NCBI GenBank assembly: GCA_016219325.1
Contig: JACRNH010000024.1
Coordinates: 1,789-65,788, forward strand
DNA from: Candidatus Collierbacteria bacterium
Lineage (GTDB): Bacteria; Patescibacteriota; Microgenomatia; UBA1400; JACPES01
Direction: 5' to 3'
DNA length: 64,000 nt
Below the pieces are notes generated by a model. It had not been told where the DNA came from. It saw only the letters and a list, made by a program, of their open reading frames with translations, and did no database searches. Within the stretch, counting starts at the first letter, position 1; each line of letters starts with the position of its first letter. Made by a program: the position numbers and the translations under genes. Positions 10,909-20,033 of the stretch are shown here, in pieces.

Positions 10909-11931
10909 TTATTTGAGTAGTTCCGGTTGGTCAATTTCCTGAAAAGAAACCGTAGAAGTTATTTTTTGTCCCAATCTTTGAGTATGGCCGGAAACATCGC
11001 TGAATTTATTATAAGCGTTATTTATATGCCCGCCTAAAATATTTAACGAATCTTCCAATTGGCCGTAATCTTTTTCCACCGCCCGCAGTAAATTTAAAAT
11101 CTGCCTTGATCTGGAGGCGAATTGTTTGCCCTGAAATGCCCGCATAATTATTGATAAAGTGGCGTACATGGTATTCGGGCTGACCGGATAGATTCTTGAA
11201 TTTCTGGAGTAATCCATTAAATCCGGATTGGTGGCAATTTCGTAATATACCGATTCGCTGGGGATATACATCATGGCAAAATCGGTGGTGCCTTCATCAG
11301 GTAAAATATATTTTGAGGAGATGGTTCGAATGTGTTTTTTAACATCGTTGACGAATTCTTTGCCGGCTTTTTCCCGTTCCGACTTTTCCTCCGCTTTATT
11401 CATCCTTTGAAAATTTTCCATCGGAAACTTGCTATCGATCGGTAAAATTCCGGCGTCGGTTTTTATGGCCGCGTCCACCTTATCTCCGGATAAAAATTGA
11501 TGTTGCAGAAAAAACGAATTTTGGGGAATCATTTGGGCGATTAGATCGTTTAGGACTTGCTCGCCGATATTTCCCCGCAACTTCGGGCTTTTTAAAAATT
11601 CGTGCAGCTCTTTCATTGACCGCCCGATTTCGGAAAAACTTCCGGCCTCGCGTTTTAATTCGCCGATCACTTCGGCGGCTTTGGTCAGCCGCTCGTGGAT
11701 ATCGTGGGTTTGTTTGGTTAATGATTCCGATAAATGGCGGGTTGAATCAGACAAAGTTTCATTAAGAACTTTTTTGGTGTCCGAAATATCCCGGCTCATG
11801 GTCTTTAGCCATTCGGTCATGGTCTCATCGGTTTTGGGTTTTTTCAACTCTTGAATTTGGCGGTTAAGATACCAGGTAATGCTGGCTAAAATCGCGATTA
11901 AGATTGCAGCGGCTAAATATAATTCCGGCAT
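10909..11931 (-). CDS. rmuC: DNA recombination protein RmuC
   Basis: It has an N-terminal TM, a coiled coil and a C-terminal RmuC-type region (DFAMMYIPSESVYYEI). Confidence 0.65.
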   Translation of the reverse strand: MPELYLAAAILIAILASITWYLNRQIQELKKPKTDETMTEWLKTMSRDISDTKKVLNETLSDSTRHLSESLTKQTHDIHERLTKAAEVIGELKREAGSFSEIGRSMKELHEFLKSPKLRGNIGEQVLNDLIAQMIPQNSFFLQHQFLSGDKVDAAIKTDAGILPIDSKFPMENFQRMNKAEEKSEREKAGKEFVNDVKKHIRTISSKYILPDEGTTDFAMMYIPSESVYYEIATNPDLMDYSRNSRIYPVSPNTMYATLSIIMRAFQGKQFASRSRQILNLLRAVEKDYGQLEDSLNILGGHINNAYNKFSDVSGHTQRLGQKITSTVSFQEIDQPELLK

Positions 11932-11960
11932 ATAAATTCTATGATAACATTATTTTCGTT

Positions 11961-11994
11961 TGTCATTCCCGCGAAAGCGGGAATCTATATAAAT
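11961..11994. repeat. Family-A hairpin repeat
   Basis: tgtcattccCGCGAAAGCGggaatctatataaata. Confidence 0.8.
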
Positions 11995-11999
11995 AAATC

Positions 12000-12338
12000 A
12001 TGGAACAAATCTATAAAATCCTGGCTCAGATAATCGCCGATACTTCATCTACGGATGAAGCTCAAGCATTAATATCAGACTTATTGTCCGAAACCGAAAG
12101 GCAAGGAATTGCCAAAAGATTGGCCGTAGTTTTGATGTTGGCAAACGGGAAAAGTTACAACGAAATAAAAAAGCAATTAGGCGTCAGTTCGTCCACTATC
12201 GCCAGAATTCAGGAATCGCTGGATAAGCCGGGAATAAAAATCGCTATTTCAAAAGTCAGAACCGACGAGTGGGCCGGAAAACTGGCCACCAAATTCGCCG
12301 GAGCATTGGACAAACTTCTCCCCAAATCAACCCCATAG
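12000..12338 (+). CDS. TrpR/YerC-like helix-turn-helix regulator
   Basis: It is 112 aa. 'GKSYNEIKKQLGVSSSTIARI' is a TrpR-family HTH. Confidence 0.5.
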   Translation: MEQIYKILAQIIADTSSTDEAQALISDLLSETERQGIAKRLAVVLMLANGKSYNEIKKQLGVSSSTIARIQESLDKPGIKIAISKVRTDEWAGKLATKFAGALDKLLPKSTP

Positions 12339-12382
12339 AACCCTTTACTATCCTCTAAACTCCTTTAAGGTAAAATATCCTT

Positions 12383-13816
12383 ATGTCTAAATTCTATCTG
12401 ACTACGGCCATACCTTACGTTAACGCCAAGCCTCATATCGGTCACGCTTTGGAGTATATTCAGGCTGATGTTATCCGCCGATATTATCAGGAAAAATTAG
12501 GGAAAGAAAACGTTTTTTTAGTATCTGGGGCTGACGAAAACGCTCTGAAGAATGTTCAGGCGGCTGAAAAAACAGGGATAGATATCCAGGAATTTTTAGA
12601 TATAAATTCTAATGTTTTTAAAAAATTTTATCAGGATTTGGGCATTGAGCTTTCTGAATTCCGCCGCGGGACTGATCAAAAAAAACATTGGCCCGGAGTT
12701 CAGAAATTGTGGGATTTATGTCAAAAAAATGGCGATATATACAAGAAATTTTATAAAGGCCTTTATTGCGTCGGTTGCGAGCAATTCTATTTATCCAAGG
12801 ATTTAAAAGAAGGGAAGTGCCCTAACCATTTAAAAGAACCGGAAGAAATTGAAGAAGAGAATTATTTTTTTAAATTGTCTAAATATCAGGATGCTTTAGA
12901 AAAATTAATTGTGTCAGACAAATTAAAGATAATTCCTGTTCAGCGAAAAAATGAAATATTAAGTTTTATCAGGCAAGGTCTGGAAGATTTTAGTATTTCA
13001 AGGAGCAATGTCAGAGCTAAGGGGATAGGGGTGCCGGTTCCCGGAGACGAAACTCAAAAAATATACGTTTGGTTTGACGCTTTAAATATTTATATGACTG
13101 CTGTCGGTTTTGGATATGATCAAAAATTATGGGAAAGGTGGTGGCCGGCGGACTTACATATTGTCGGCAAGGATATTATCCGTTTTCACTGCGTTTATTG
13201 GCCGGCAATGCTATTGTCTGCCGGATTATCGCTTCCCAAAGCAGTATTTTCTCATGGATTTATCACCAGCGGCGGACAAAAGATGAGTAAAACTCTGGGA
13301 AATGTAATCGATCCCTACGAACTGGCAGAGAAATTTGGCTTTGAAGCTCTAAGATATTTTTTATTAAAAGAGATTCCTCCGTTTGACGACGGAGATATTA
13401 CTGAAGAAAAATTCGCCAAAACCTATCAGGCGGATCTCGCCAACGGCTTGGGAAATCTGGTTCAGCGGGTGGCGAAACTCTGCGAGCTAAAGCATTTTGT
13501 TTTATCTCCCCCTAATCCTTCCGATCCTTCTTTTCCATCTATTTCCTCCCGCCTTGAAAACTTCGAATTTAATTTAGCCTTGGAGGAGTTGTGGAAAGAC
13601 TTCGGCGACCTGGACGCGAAAATCAATATCGACAAACCTTGGGAAAAATCCGATAAAGAAGCTAAAAATGCTTTGAAAATTTATGTTGAAGAAATTCTGA
13701 AATTGACGTTGCCGCTGAGTATCTTTCTCCCCCAAACCGCCGCCAGAATCCGGCAGATTTTCAAAGGCCCAAAAATTTCCGCCCCATCTACTCCCTTATT
13801 CCCCAGATTACCATAA
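12383..13816 (+). CDS. metG: Methionyl-tRNA synthetase (short form)
   Basis: The HIGH motif (PYVNAKPHIGHA), the KMSKS motif (KMSKTLGN) and a Cys knuckle (CVGCEQ...CPNH) are present. Confidence 0.9.
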   Translation: MSKFYLTTAIPYVNAKPHIGHALEYIQADVIRRYYQEKLGKENVFLVSGADENALKNVQAAEKTGIDIQEFLDINSNVFKKFYQDLGIELSEFRRGTDQKKHWPGVQKLWDLCQKNGDIYKKFYKGLYCVGCEQFYLSKDLKEGKCPNHLKEPEEIEEENYFFKLSKYQDALEKLIVSDKLKIIPVQRKNEILSFIRQGLEDFSISRSNVRAKGIGVPVPGDETQKIYVWFDALNIYMTAVGFGYDQKLWERWWPADLHIVGKDIIRFHCVYWPAMLLSAGLSLPKAVFSHGFITSGGQKMSKTLGNVIDPYELAEKFGFEALRYFLLKEIPPFDDGDITEEKFAKTYQADLANGLGNLVQRVAKLCELKHFVLSPPNPSDPSFPSISSRLENFEFNLALEELWKDFGDLDAKINIDKPWEKSDKEAKNALKIYVEEILKLTLPLSIFLPQTAARIRQIFKGPKISAPSTPLFPRLP

Positions 13817-13844
13817 TTTTCCCCTCCTAAGGTAAAATATACCT

Positions 13845-15347
13845 ATGAACTCATTAAAACGCTATTTTCTCCGCCACCCGATCCGGACCCGGCGGGCTTT
13901 GGAAATCCTGCCCGGATCAGTCAGCTGGTTTTTAATTTTGTTTCCTCTGTGGGGGTCGCTGCTGATTCCTGAAGTTGTCGCCGTCTATATTATCGCCTTC
14001 ACGGTTTATTGGTTATATAAATCCTTGTCTGTGGCAGTGTTTTCATTGATCGGGCATTTCAGGCTGGAGGCCAGCCAAAAATTTGACTGGATGGAGGATG
14101 TGGCGGTGTTTCCGGATTGGGAAAAAATTCATCATATCGTGGTTATTCCGACTTTTAAAGAACCGGAGGGAACCTTAATTAAAACTCTGGAGGCTTTGTC
14201 TTCCCAGACATATCCTTTGAAAAAAATTCACATTATATTATCTTTTGAAGAACGCGAGGGGGGGGCCGGCAAACAAAAAGCCAAAAATTTAACCAGTGAA
14301 TTCGGGAAAAAGTTTGGGACTTTCCACACCACTTTTCACCCCGATCTTGCGGGCGAAGTTAAGGGCAAATCCAGTAACTCGGCTTGGGCGGCTAAAGCGA
14401 TGGTCGAGCCGGAATTAATTAAAAAAGGCATTGTCGATGTCCGCTATGCCAGTATCACCAGCCATGACGCCGACGCCAGACTACACCCGAATTATTTCGC
14501 GGCTTTAGCTTATTATTTTTTGGATAATCCCCACCGCTACCGCCGTTTCTGGCAACCGGCTGTTATGTTCTATAACAATATTTGGCGGGTTCCGGCGCCG
14601 ATCAGGGCCTTGGCGACCGTGTGGAGCGTAGTCCATTTATATATCCTATGCCGCCGCGACCGCCTGGTTAATTTTTCCACTTATTCTACTTCTTTGAAAT
14701 TATTAAAATCGGTGGGTTACTGGGATACGGATGTTATTCCGGAAGATTACCGGATTTTCTTTAAAACCTACTTTGCGACAAAAGGGAAAGTTTCGGTAGA
14801 TCCGATTTATCTGTCGGCAACAATGGACGCCGCCCAATCGTCAACTTTTTGGAAAACCATGCTGAACCAGTATGAACAAGTGAAGCGGTGGGCGTGGGGA
14901 GTAGCTGACGATCAATTTGTGATCCGTCAGGCAGTATTGGTCGACGGAATCCCTCTTAAGGATAATATTTTAAGAATATTAAGATTAATGGAGGATCATT
15001 TTTTGTGGCCGGTAAATTGGTTTGCTTTGACGTTGGGGGCTTTGCTTCCGCCTTTATTGAATCCGACTTTTTCGCGGACTGTCATCGGTAAAACTCTGCC
15101 TCAAGTCAGTTCCGGAATTTTAACAATCTCGCTGGTTGCAATTTTAATAGTCTTATTTGTTGATGCCAAACGCCGCCCAAAAAGCCCCAAGAAAATTTCC
15201 CTGATGGGGAAAATCATTCAGCCGTTTGAATTGTTGCTGTTGCCGGTGGTTGGATTTTTCTTCAACGCCCTCCCCGGCCTCGACGCCCACACCCGTCTGA
15301 TGTTAGGAAGATATTTAGAATATAGAGTTACAGAAAAGGTGGAATAA
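13845..15347 (+). CDS. Processive family-2 glycosyltransferase (cellulose/chitin-synthase-like, QxxRW motif) with TM segments
   Basis: An N-terminal TM is followed by GT2 motifs (IPTFKEPEGTL, DAD) and the 'QYEQVKRWAWG' QxxRW motif. C-terminal TMs follow. Confidence 0.75.
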   Translation: MNSLKRYFLRHPIRTRRALEILPGSVSWFLILFPLWGSLLIPEVVAVYIIAFTVYWLYKSLSVAVFSLIGHFRLEASQKFDWMEDVAVFPDWEKIHHIVVIPTFKEPEGTLIKTLEALSSQTYPLKKIHIILSFEEREGGAGKQKAKNLTSEFGKKFGTFHTTFHPDLAGEVKGKSSNSAWAAKAMVEPELIKKGIVDVRYASITSHDADARLHPNYFAALAYYFLDNPHRYRRFWQPAVMFYNNIWRVPAPIRALATVWSVVHLYILCRRDRLVNFSTYSTSLKLLKSVGYWDTDVIPEDYRIFFKTYFATKGKVSVDPIYLSATMDAAQSSTFWKTMLNQYEQVKRWAWGVADDQFVIRQAVLVDGIPLKDNILRILRLMEDHFLWPVNWFALTLGALLPPLLNPTFSRTVIGKTLPQVSSGILTISLVAILIVLFVDAKRRPKSPKKISLMGKIIQPFELLLLPVVGFFFNALPGLDAHTRLMLGRYLEYRVTEKVE

Positions 15348-15380
15348 TAAAACGGTTCCAAATTTTTTGTCATTGTCAAT

Positions 15381-15456
15381 TGTCATTCCCGCGCCCGCCT
15401 GCATCAGCTATGCCGAAAGCATTGCGGGCAGGAAAGCGGGAATCTATATAAAATAA
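15381..15456. repeat. Composite family-A repeat carrying a GC-rich core related to the 19.0/20.1 kb inverted repeats
   Basis: tgtcattccc...cgcctgcatcagctatgccgaaagcattgcgggcagg...gggaatctatataaaataa. Confidence 0.7.
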
Positions 15457-15510
15457 ATTTAATCTCCCGAACCTAATCTCCCTATTTAACGGATAGTGTA
15501 TAATATATCT

Positions 15511-15728
15511 TTACAGTTTAAGAAATCCGTATTAGCAGAGTCGCGATCTGTTAGGAGCGAAGCAAAATTTTCGACGCCGGAAGCCCGTTAAAGCTTCAGA
15601 CTCTTAATTCAAGAGTCATTAAGGTTTCGATGGCAACATCGAAATAAAAAAGGATGGTACAGTGGTTCTCCAAGAATCGCCCCTTTGGTTACTAATAAAA
15701 ATTGGTAATCACAGGGGCTATTTTTATG
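15511..15728 (+). ncRNA. Candidate structured small RNA ending in an intrinsic terminator (identity unknown)
   Basis: An extended -10 (TGTATAAT, 15497-15504) lies upstream. The region has multiple perfect 7-bp hairpins (GACUCUU/AAGAGUC; UUCGAUG/CAUCGAA). A terminal GCCCC...GGGGC stem plus U-tract lies at 15679-15728. There is no ORF of 60 aa or more on this strand. Confidence 0.25.
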
Positions 15729-15879
15729 GTATAAAATGAGGGCGGTGGCGATTATTTAATTTCGGGCCCGTCGCTTTCCGTCCACCGGACCTGGATAGGC
15801 CATAATAACGACAATTAAAGCCATAATAAGAAGAATAATCAGAGATAATAAAAAAATGATATTAAACGACATAGTAATT

Positions 15880-16101
15880 TTATCTTTTTCTCGCCAGCCA
15901 AACACTAATAGACCAAAGGAAAATGGCAACGATTATGCTTAATATTATGACTGTTAAATTGGGGTTGTCAACGTTACCTACTATTGGAGAAACTACGGCA
16001 ACGCCAAAAACTACCTGTCCGGCGCTGTCAATGATATTAGACAACCGATTCAATTGGTTGGTTGTAAATACAGGTTTTCTAGTTCTAAGAAAATTTTTCA
16101 T
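15880..16101 (-). CDS. Hypothetical small membrane protein
   Basis: A 73-aa ORF with two hydrophobic segments. A 38-aa hydrophobic ORF (about 15879..15763, minus) follows immediately. The call is weak. Confidence 0.3.
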   Translation of the reverse strand: MKNFLRTRKPVFTTNQLNRLSNIIDSAGQVVFGVAVVSPIVGNVDNPNLTVIILSIIVAIFLWSISVWLARKR

Positions 16102-16133
16102 TAATTAGTGTCATAATATTACCATTACTTATC

Positions 16134-17975
16134 ATGAAATTAACCGCAGATAGTATTATCAAAACCGCGATTAAAAAAACTCTTAACGATCTCGGATTTC
16201 CGGAAGTTCAAATATCTCTCGAGCACCCTGCCGTCGAATCCCACGGCGACTGGAGCTCAAATATCGCCCTAACTTTATTTCCTCTTACAAAATCCCCTAA
16301 ATTCCCTAATCTCCCTAATCTCCCTGATCTTTCCTCCCCCCGCCAAATAGCCGAAACCATCGTCGTCAGACTTTCTACTGATAAAGAACTTAAAAAGGTT
16401 GTTGCCAAAATCGACGTCGCCGGTCCGGGATTTATAAATTTTCATTTAACTCAAAATACACTCTTTGATGAATTAGAAAGAATTGATAAAAAGAAGAATA
16501 AATTTGGCAGCGGTGATTCGTTGAGCGGGAAAAAGATCATGGTAGAGTTTACCGACCCGAATCCGTTTAAGGAGTTTCACATTGGACATCTGTTTAGTAA
16601 TGTTGTTGGAGAAGCGCTGTCTCGATTACTTGCGTCGCAGGGCGCAATAGTAAAGCGAGCCAATTACCAAGGTGATGTAGGAATGCATGTTGCCAAGGCG
16701 GTTTGGGGGATGATACAAAAAATCAAAAATCAAAAATCAAAGATCAAAGAATTAGAAAAACTTCCGTTAAATGAGAAAGCTAAGTTTTTGGGAAAAGCTT
16801 ACGCGTTTGGGGCGACAAAATTCGAGGAAGACGAGAAAGTAAAAAAGGAAATAACTGAACTCAATAAGAAAATTTATGATAAATATCCAGAGGTAATGGA
16901 ACTATATAGCATAGGTCGGAAGTGGAGTCTGGATTATTTTGAAACCATTTACAAGCGGCTCGGGACGAAATTCGACTATTACTACTTTGAATCAGTTGCC
17001 GGGGAAGTGGGTTTGGAATTTGTCAGAGAAAATCTCAAGAAGGGAATTTTCCAAGAAAGCCAAGGGGCGATTGTTTTCCCCGGAGAAAAACATGGGCTGC
17101 ACACCCGTGTGTTTGTTAATTCCCTCGGTCTTCCGACCTATGAAGCTAAAGACTTAGGACTTGCCCCGACAAAATACAAAGATTTTAAATATGATGAATC
17201 GGTCATTGTGACCGGTAATGAAATTAATGAATATTTCAAAGTTCTGATTACGGCTCTAAAACAGATTAACCCGGGACTAGGCAAGAAAGCCCATCATATT
17301 TCTCATGGAATGGTGCGACTGCCGGAAGGCAAAATGAGCAGCAGAACAGGAAAAGTTTTGACGGGAGAATGGCTTCTTGACGAAGTGAAAAAAACAATAT
17401 TAAAACTGATGGCTAAAGCAGATTCTCCATTTTCTGTTTCAGACCGGGAAGAAATTGCGGAGAAAATTGCGGTTGGATCTATCAAATACGCGTTATTGAA
17501 GGCAGGAACCGGCCATGATGTCATTTTTGATTTCGAAAAATCTATTTCGGTCGACGGCAACTCCGGCCCTTACCTCCAATATACCTACGCTAGATGTCAA
17601 AGCGTTCTTGCGAAGGCAACTATTCCCGACACCGAACGCCTAAACCAACAACTAATAACTAATAACCAATTCAATCCAGAGGAATTGTCTATTCTCCGTT
17701 TCATCTATCGTTTCCCCGAAGTGGTCCAAACCGCCGCCACCCAATATTCGCCCAACTTAATCTGCACTTTTCTTTACGAACTGGCCCAGCGGTTTAATAC
17801 TTTCTACAATAAACATAGGATATTAGAAAGTAATGAGGAGAAAGTAATGAGTAATGAACAAAAAACAAAAAACAAAGAGCAAATTCAATTTAGGCTGTCA
17901 TTAACGTCAGCCGTTTCTCAAGTACTCAAAAACGGTCTAAACCTCCTTGGTATTCAAGCCCCGGAAAAGATGTGA
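16134..17975 (+). CDS. argS: Arginyl-tRNA synthetase
   Basis: The HIGH region (PNPFKEFHIGH), a KMSSR-like motif and a DALR-type C-terminal domain (QYTYARCQSV) are present. Two repeat-derived in-frame insertions (NLPNLPDLSSP; SNEEKVMSNEQKTKNKEQ) are also present. Confidence 0.9.
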   Translation: MKLTADSIIKTAIKKTLNDLGFPEVQISLEHPAVESHGDWSSNIALTLFPLTKSPKFPNLPNLPDLSSPRQIAETIVVRLSTDKELKKVVAKIDVAGPGFINFHLTQNTLFDELERIDKKKNKFGSGDSLSGKKIMVEFTDPNPFKEFHIGHLFSNVVGEALSRLLASQGAIVKRANYQGDVGMHVAKAVWGMIQKIKNQKSKIKELEKLPLNEKAKFLGKAYAFGATKFEEDEKVKKEITELNKKIYDKYPEVMELYSIGRKWSLDYFETIYKRLGTKFDYYYFESVAGEVGLEFVRENLKKGIFQESQGAIVFPGEKHGLHTRVFVNSLGLPTYEAKDLGLAPTKYKDFKYDESVIVTGNEINEYFKVLITALKQINPGLGKKAHHISHGMVRLPEGKMSSRTGKVLTGEWLLDEVKKTILKLMAKADSPFSVSDREEIAEKIAVGSIKYALLKAGTGHDVIFDFEKSISVDGNSGPYLQYTYARCQSVLAKATIPDTERLNQQLITNNQFNPEELSILRFIYRFPEVVQTAATQYSPNLICTFLYELAQRFNTFYNKHRILESNEEKVMSNEQKTKNKEQIQFRLSLTSAVSQVLKNGLNLLGIQAPEKM

Positions 17976-18069
17976 TGTTTTACGTCATCCCGAGCGAAGT
18001 CGAGAGATCTTTTTTTCTCCAAATCGCATGCTTGACAATCGATATCTTTAGCCCCTATACTGAATCCAG

Positions 18070-18984
18070 ATGAAATTGCGTTTTACCACATTTCTACTTC
18101 TTCAATTTTTATTTCTTTTTATTCTTGTCCCTAAAGTTCAAGCATTATGGTTAGTTGATCCATCCGGCCGATTGATAAAAATGGATTCCAATGGTCAGGT
18201 TTTGGGTGATGAAGATCAGGGTCAAAGATCAGTTGGAAGAAATGAAGTCAGAAGCGAAACAAAAATGGAAGTCAGAAATGAAGAGAAAAGAACAGAAGTT
18301 AAATCTTTGGACGCCAACAAGGAAAAGATTGAAATAAAATCAGGTGAAAACAAAAGAGAGTTTGAAAGTAAGGGCATGAAAATAAAGCTTGATCAGAAAA
18401 ATGGCGAGTTGAAGATGAAAACAAAAAATGAATTGACCGGCGAGGAGACCGAAATAGAGACTAAGATGGAGAAAAGGGGAAAACCGGAATTGCCGGAAGT
18501 TGAAAACGAAGTTAATGATAAGACTGAAACCGAAGTTCTGAAAATCAAGGACCGGGAAGATAAGGATGAAATTAAGATTAAAACCAAAAACGGAGAATTC
18601 GTCATTGATAGAAATAGGGTCGGAGCCACCACAAATTTTCCGCTATCGGTGGATTCTTCAACAAATATTTTGACTGTGACCACTCCGGCCGGAGAGAAAC
18701 AGGTAACGGTTTTGCCGGATCAGGCAGTTCAAAATATGCTATCGAGGAACATTATTGACCAAGTTTCCGGCCAGGATGCTATCGATTTATCCAGCCGGGT
18801 GAAGATGAGCCAGAAATCAGACGGATCATTGGTTTATGAAGTAGAAGGCGAAAAGCAGGAAAAACTATTCGGCCTGATGCCGTTGAAATTCAAGAAAACC
18901 GCGGTAGTGTCAGTCGAAACCGGAGAGCTTCTAGAAACTAAGGAATCCTTCACCGACAAACTCCTTGGCCTGATTTCGTTCTAA
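18070..18984 (+). CDS. Secreted K/E-rich low-complexity protein (hypothetical)
   Basis: It has a signal peptide, repetitive KxEVxxE blocks and a C-terminal globular part. Confidence 0.5.
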   Translation: MKLRFTTFLLLQFLFLFILVPKVQALWLVDPSGRLIKMDSNGQVLGDEDQGQRSVGRNEVRSETKMEVRNEEKRTEVKSLDANKEKIEIKSGENKREFESKGMKIKLDQKNGELKMKTKNELTGEETEIETKMEKRGKPELPEVENEVNDKTETEVLKIKDREDKDEIKIKTKNGEFVIDRNRVGATTNFPLSVDSSTNILTVTTPAGEKQVTVLPDQAVQNMLSRNIIDQVSGQDAIDLSSRVKMSQKSDGSLVYEVEGEKQEKLFGLMPLKFKKTAVVSVETGELLETKESFTDKLLGLISF

Positions 18985-19038
18985 ATCTTAAGCTTGATAG
19001 TTGGCCGTTTACAAAAAATGTCGAACTTCATTTGGTTA

Positions 19039-19132
19039 GCTCGGCCTTCGGCCTCGCTTACTCCGGCGCGGCGCCCCCCGCCTGCTATCGCTTTGCGAAG
19101 CATTGCGGGCAGGCCACCCGCCGCGCCTCCGC
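19039..19132. repeat. GC-rich inverted repeat, left copy
   Basis: The 62-nt core gcgcggcgccccccgcctgctatcgctttgcgaagcattgcgggcaggccacccgccgcgc is identical (as reverse complement) to 20098-20195. Confidence 0.85.
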
Positions 19133-19220
19133 TATTTTTTGCGCGCGCGATTTTCTCGCCCTTCGGGCGATGACGAAGAAACTTTAATAATTCTCATTAA
19201 CTTAATAATGTACAAATATA

Positions 19221-19562
19221 TTACCAAGGAATTTTGTGTTCGACTTCTTCTCTGATTGAATGAATTTTTTCGCGTTGTGCTTGAGAGAGTTGGTACCAAC
19301 CACTAAAGTATGCGCGAGATAAAATTTTTATGAATTTTTCCATTTTCCCATCCTTATCGTCTCCCTCTTCATTTCCCAATTCCGTTATTGTTATACCTGC
19401 TTTTTCAAGTCTACTTATTCGTTTTTTTATTCCCTCAAGAAGTAATATTTGTTCTTGAAGTAAAGCTATTGTTTTTTGTAGTTCTTTCAATTCTTTATTT
19501 TTGCCGTGAAGATAAATAATATACACGATCGCAAAAATAAGTAAAAATGATGATCTGTACAT
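19221..19562 (-). CDS. Hypothetical membrane-anchored coiled-coil protein
   Basis: It is 113 aa with an N-terminal TM and a coiled coil. It lies inside the inverted-repeat-flanked segment. Confidence 0.45.
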   Translation of the reverse strand: MYRSSFLLIFAIVYIIYLHGKNKELKELQKTIALLQEQILLLEGIKKRISRLEKAGITITELGNEEGDDKDGKMEKFIKILSRAYFSGWYQLSQAQREKIHSIREEVEHKIPW

Positions 19563-19566
19563 AGAA

Positions 19567-19845
19567 TTATTCTAACAAGTTTTCATCTATGCCCGTTTTG
19601 ATACTTCCAATAACTTTATATACTTGGAAGTTTAACCTTTGACTATATTGAGGGCTTCCTACAGACATAGTATTATATGAAAATTTTTCAGAGTAAATTA
19701 TTTTATAAATTTTATCATCTTTAACGACCTCAAAGATAACAAGTAAATCTCTTCTTTCCTTTCTGGGAATTGTAAGCACCACTAAATCTCCAACACAGAT
19801 TTTTTGTTTGTTTTGATCGTAAAGCTTTGTAAATTCTTTTACCAT
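19567..19845 (-). CDS. Hypothetical small protein (weak PemK/MazF-like or SH3-like resemblance)
   Basis: It is 92 aa. 'VGDLVVLTIPRKERRDLLVIFEV' vaguely resembles the MazF N-terminus. A 17-bp palindrome CGACATctattATGTCG sits just upstream of its start. Confidence 0.4.
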   Translation of the reverse strand: MVKEFTKLYDQNKQKICVGDLVVLTIPRKERRDLLVIFEVVKDDKIYKIIYSEKFSYNTMSVGSPQYSQRLNFQVYKVIGSIKTGIDENLLE

Positions 19846-20033
19846 ACGACATCTATTATGTCGCTTTTCAAAACTTATTTTTATTTGTTATTTAACTCAT
19901 AAATTAGTATATTATAATTTGACTTAACTTTTATCGATTGCTATTTTTAATAGCGTATTCGAACAATTCAAGCAATCGGGTTGAGTCTACAGGATACGCC
20001 ATTTGAGATTTATAAAAAGTTCTTTAAAATTTT

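Noticed and set aside
15348-16133. Searched this long intergenic region and the rest of the window for tmRNA (T-arm GGTTCGAATCC + CCACCA tail), RNase P RNA (GGAAAGUCCGGGC, ACAGAAxxCGGCUUA) and CRISPR-like regular repeat-spacer arrays
   Set aside because: None of the tmRNA or RNase P motifs were found. The abundant repeats are dispersed palindromes or short tandem heptamer and 11-mer arrays without regularly spaced unique spacers, so they are not CRISPR.
16208-17560. Small ORFs inside argS (16208..16408 minus, 16939..17157 plus, 17303..17560 minus)
   Set aside because: They lie within a confidently assigned aaRS gene.
19846-20033. Looked for a promoter for the minus-strand two-gene cassette
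   Set aside because: Only weak -35/-10 candidates were seen. The perfect 17-bp palindrome at 19848-19864 is reported as operator-like, but no confident promoter call is made.
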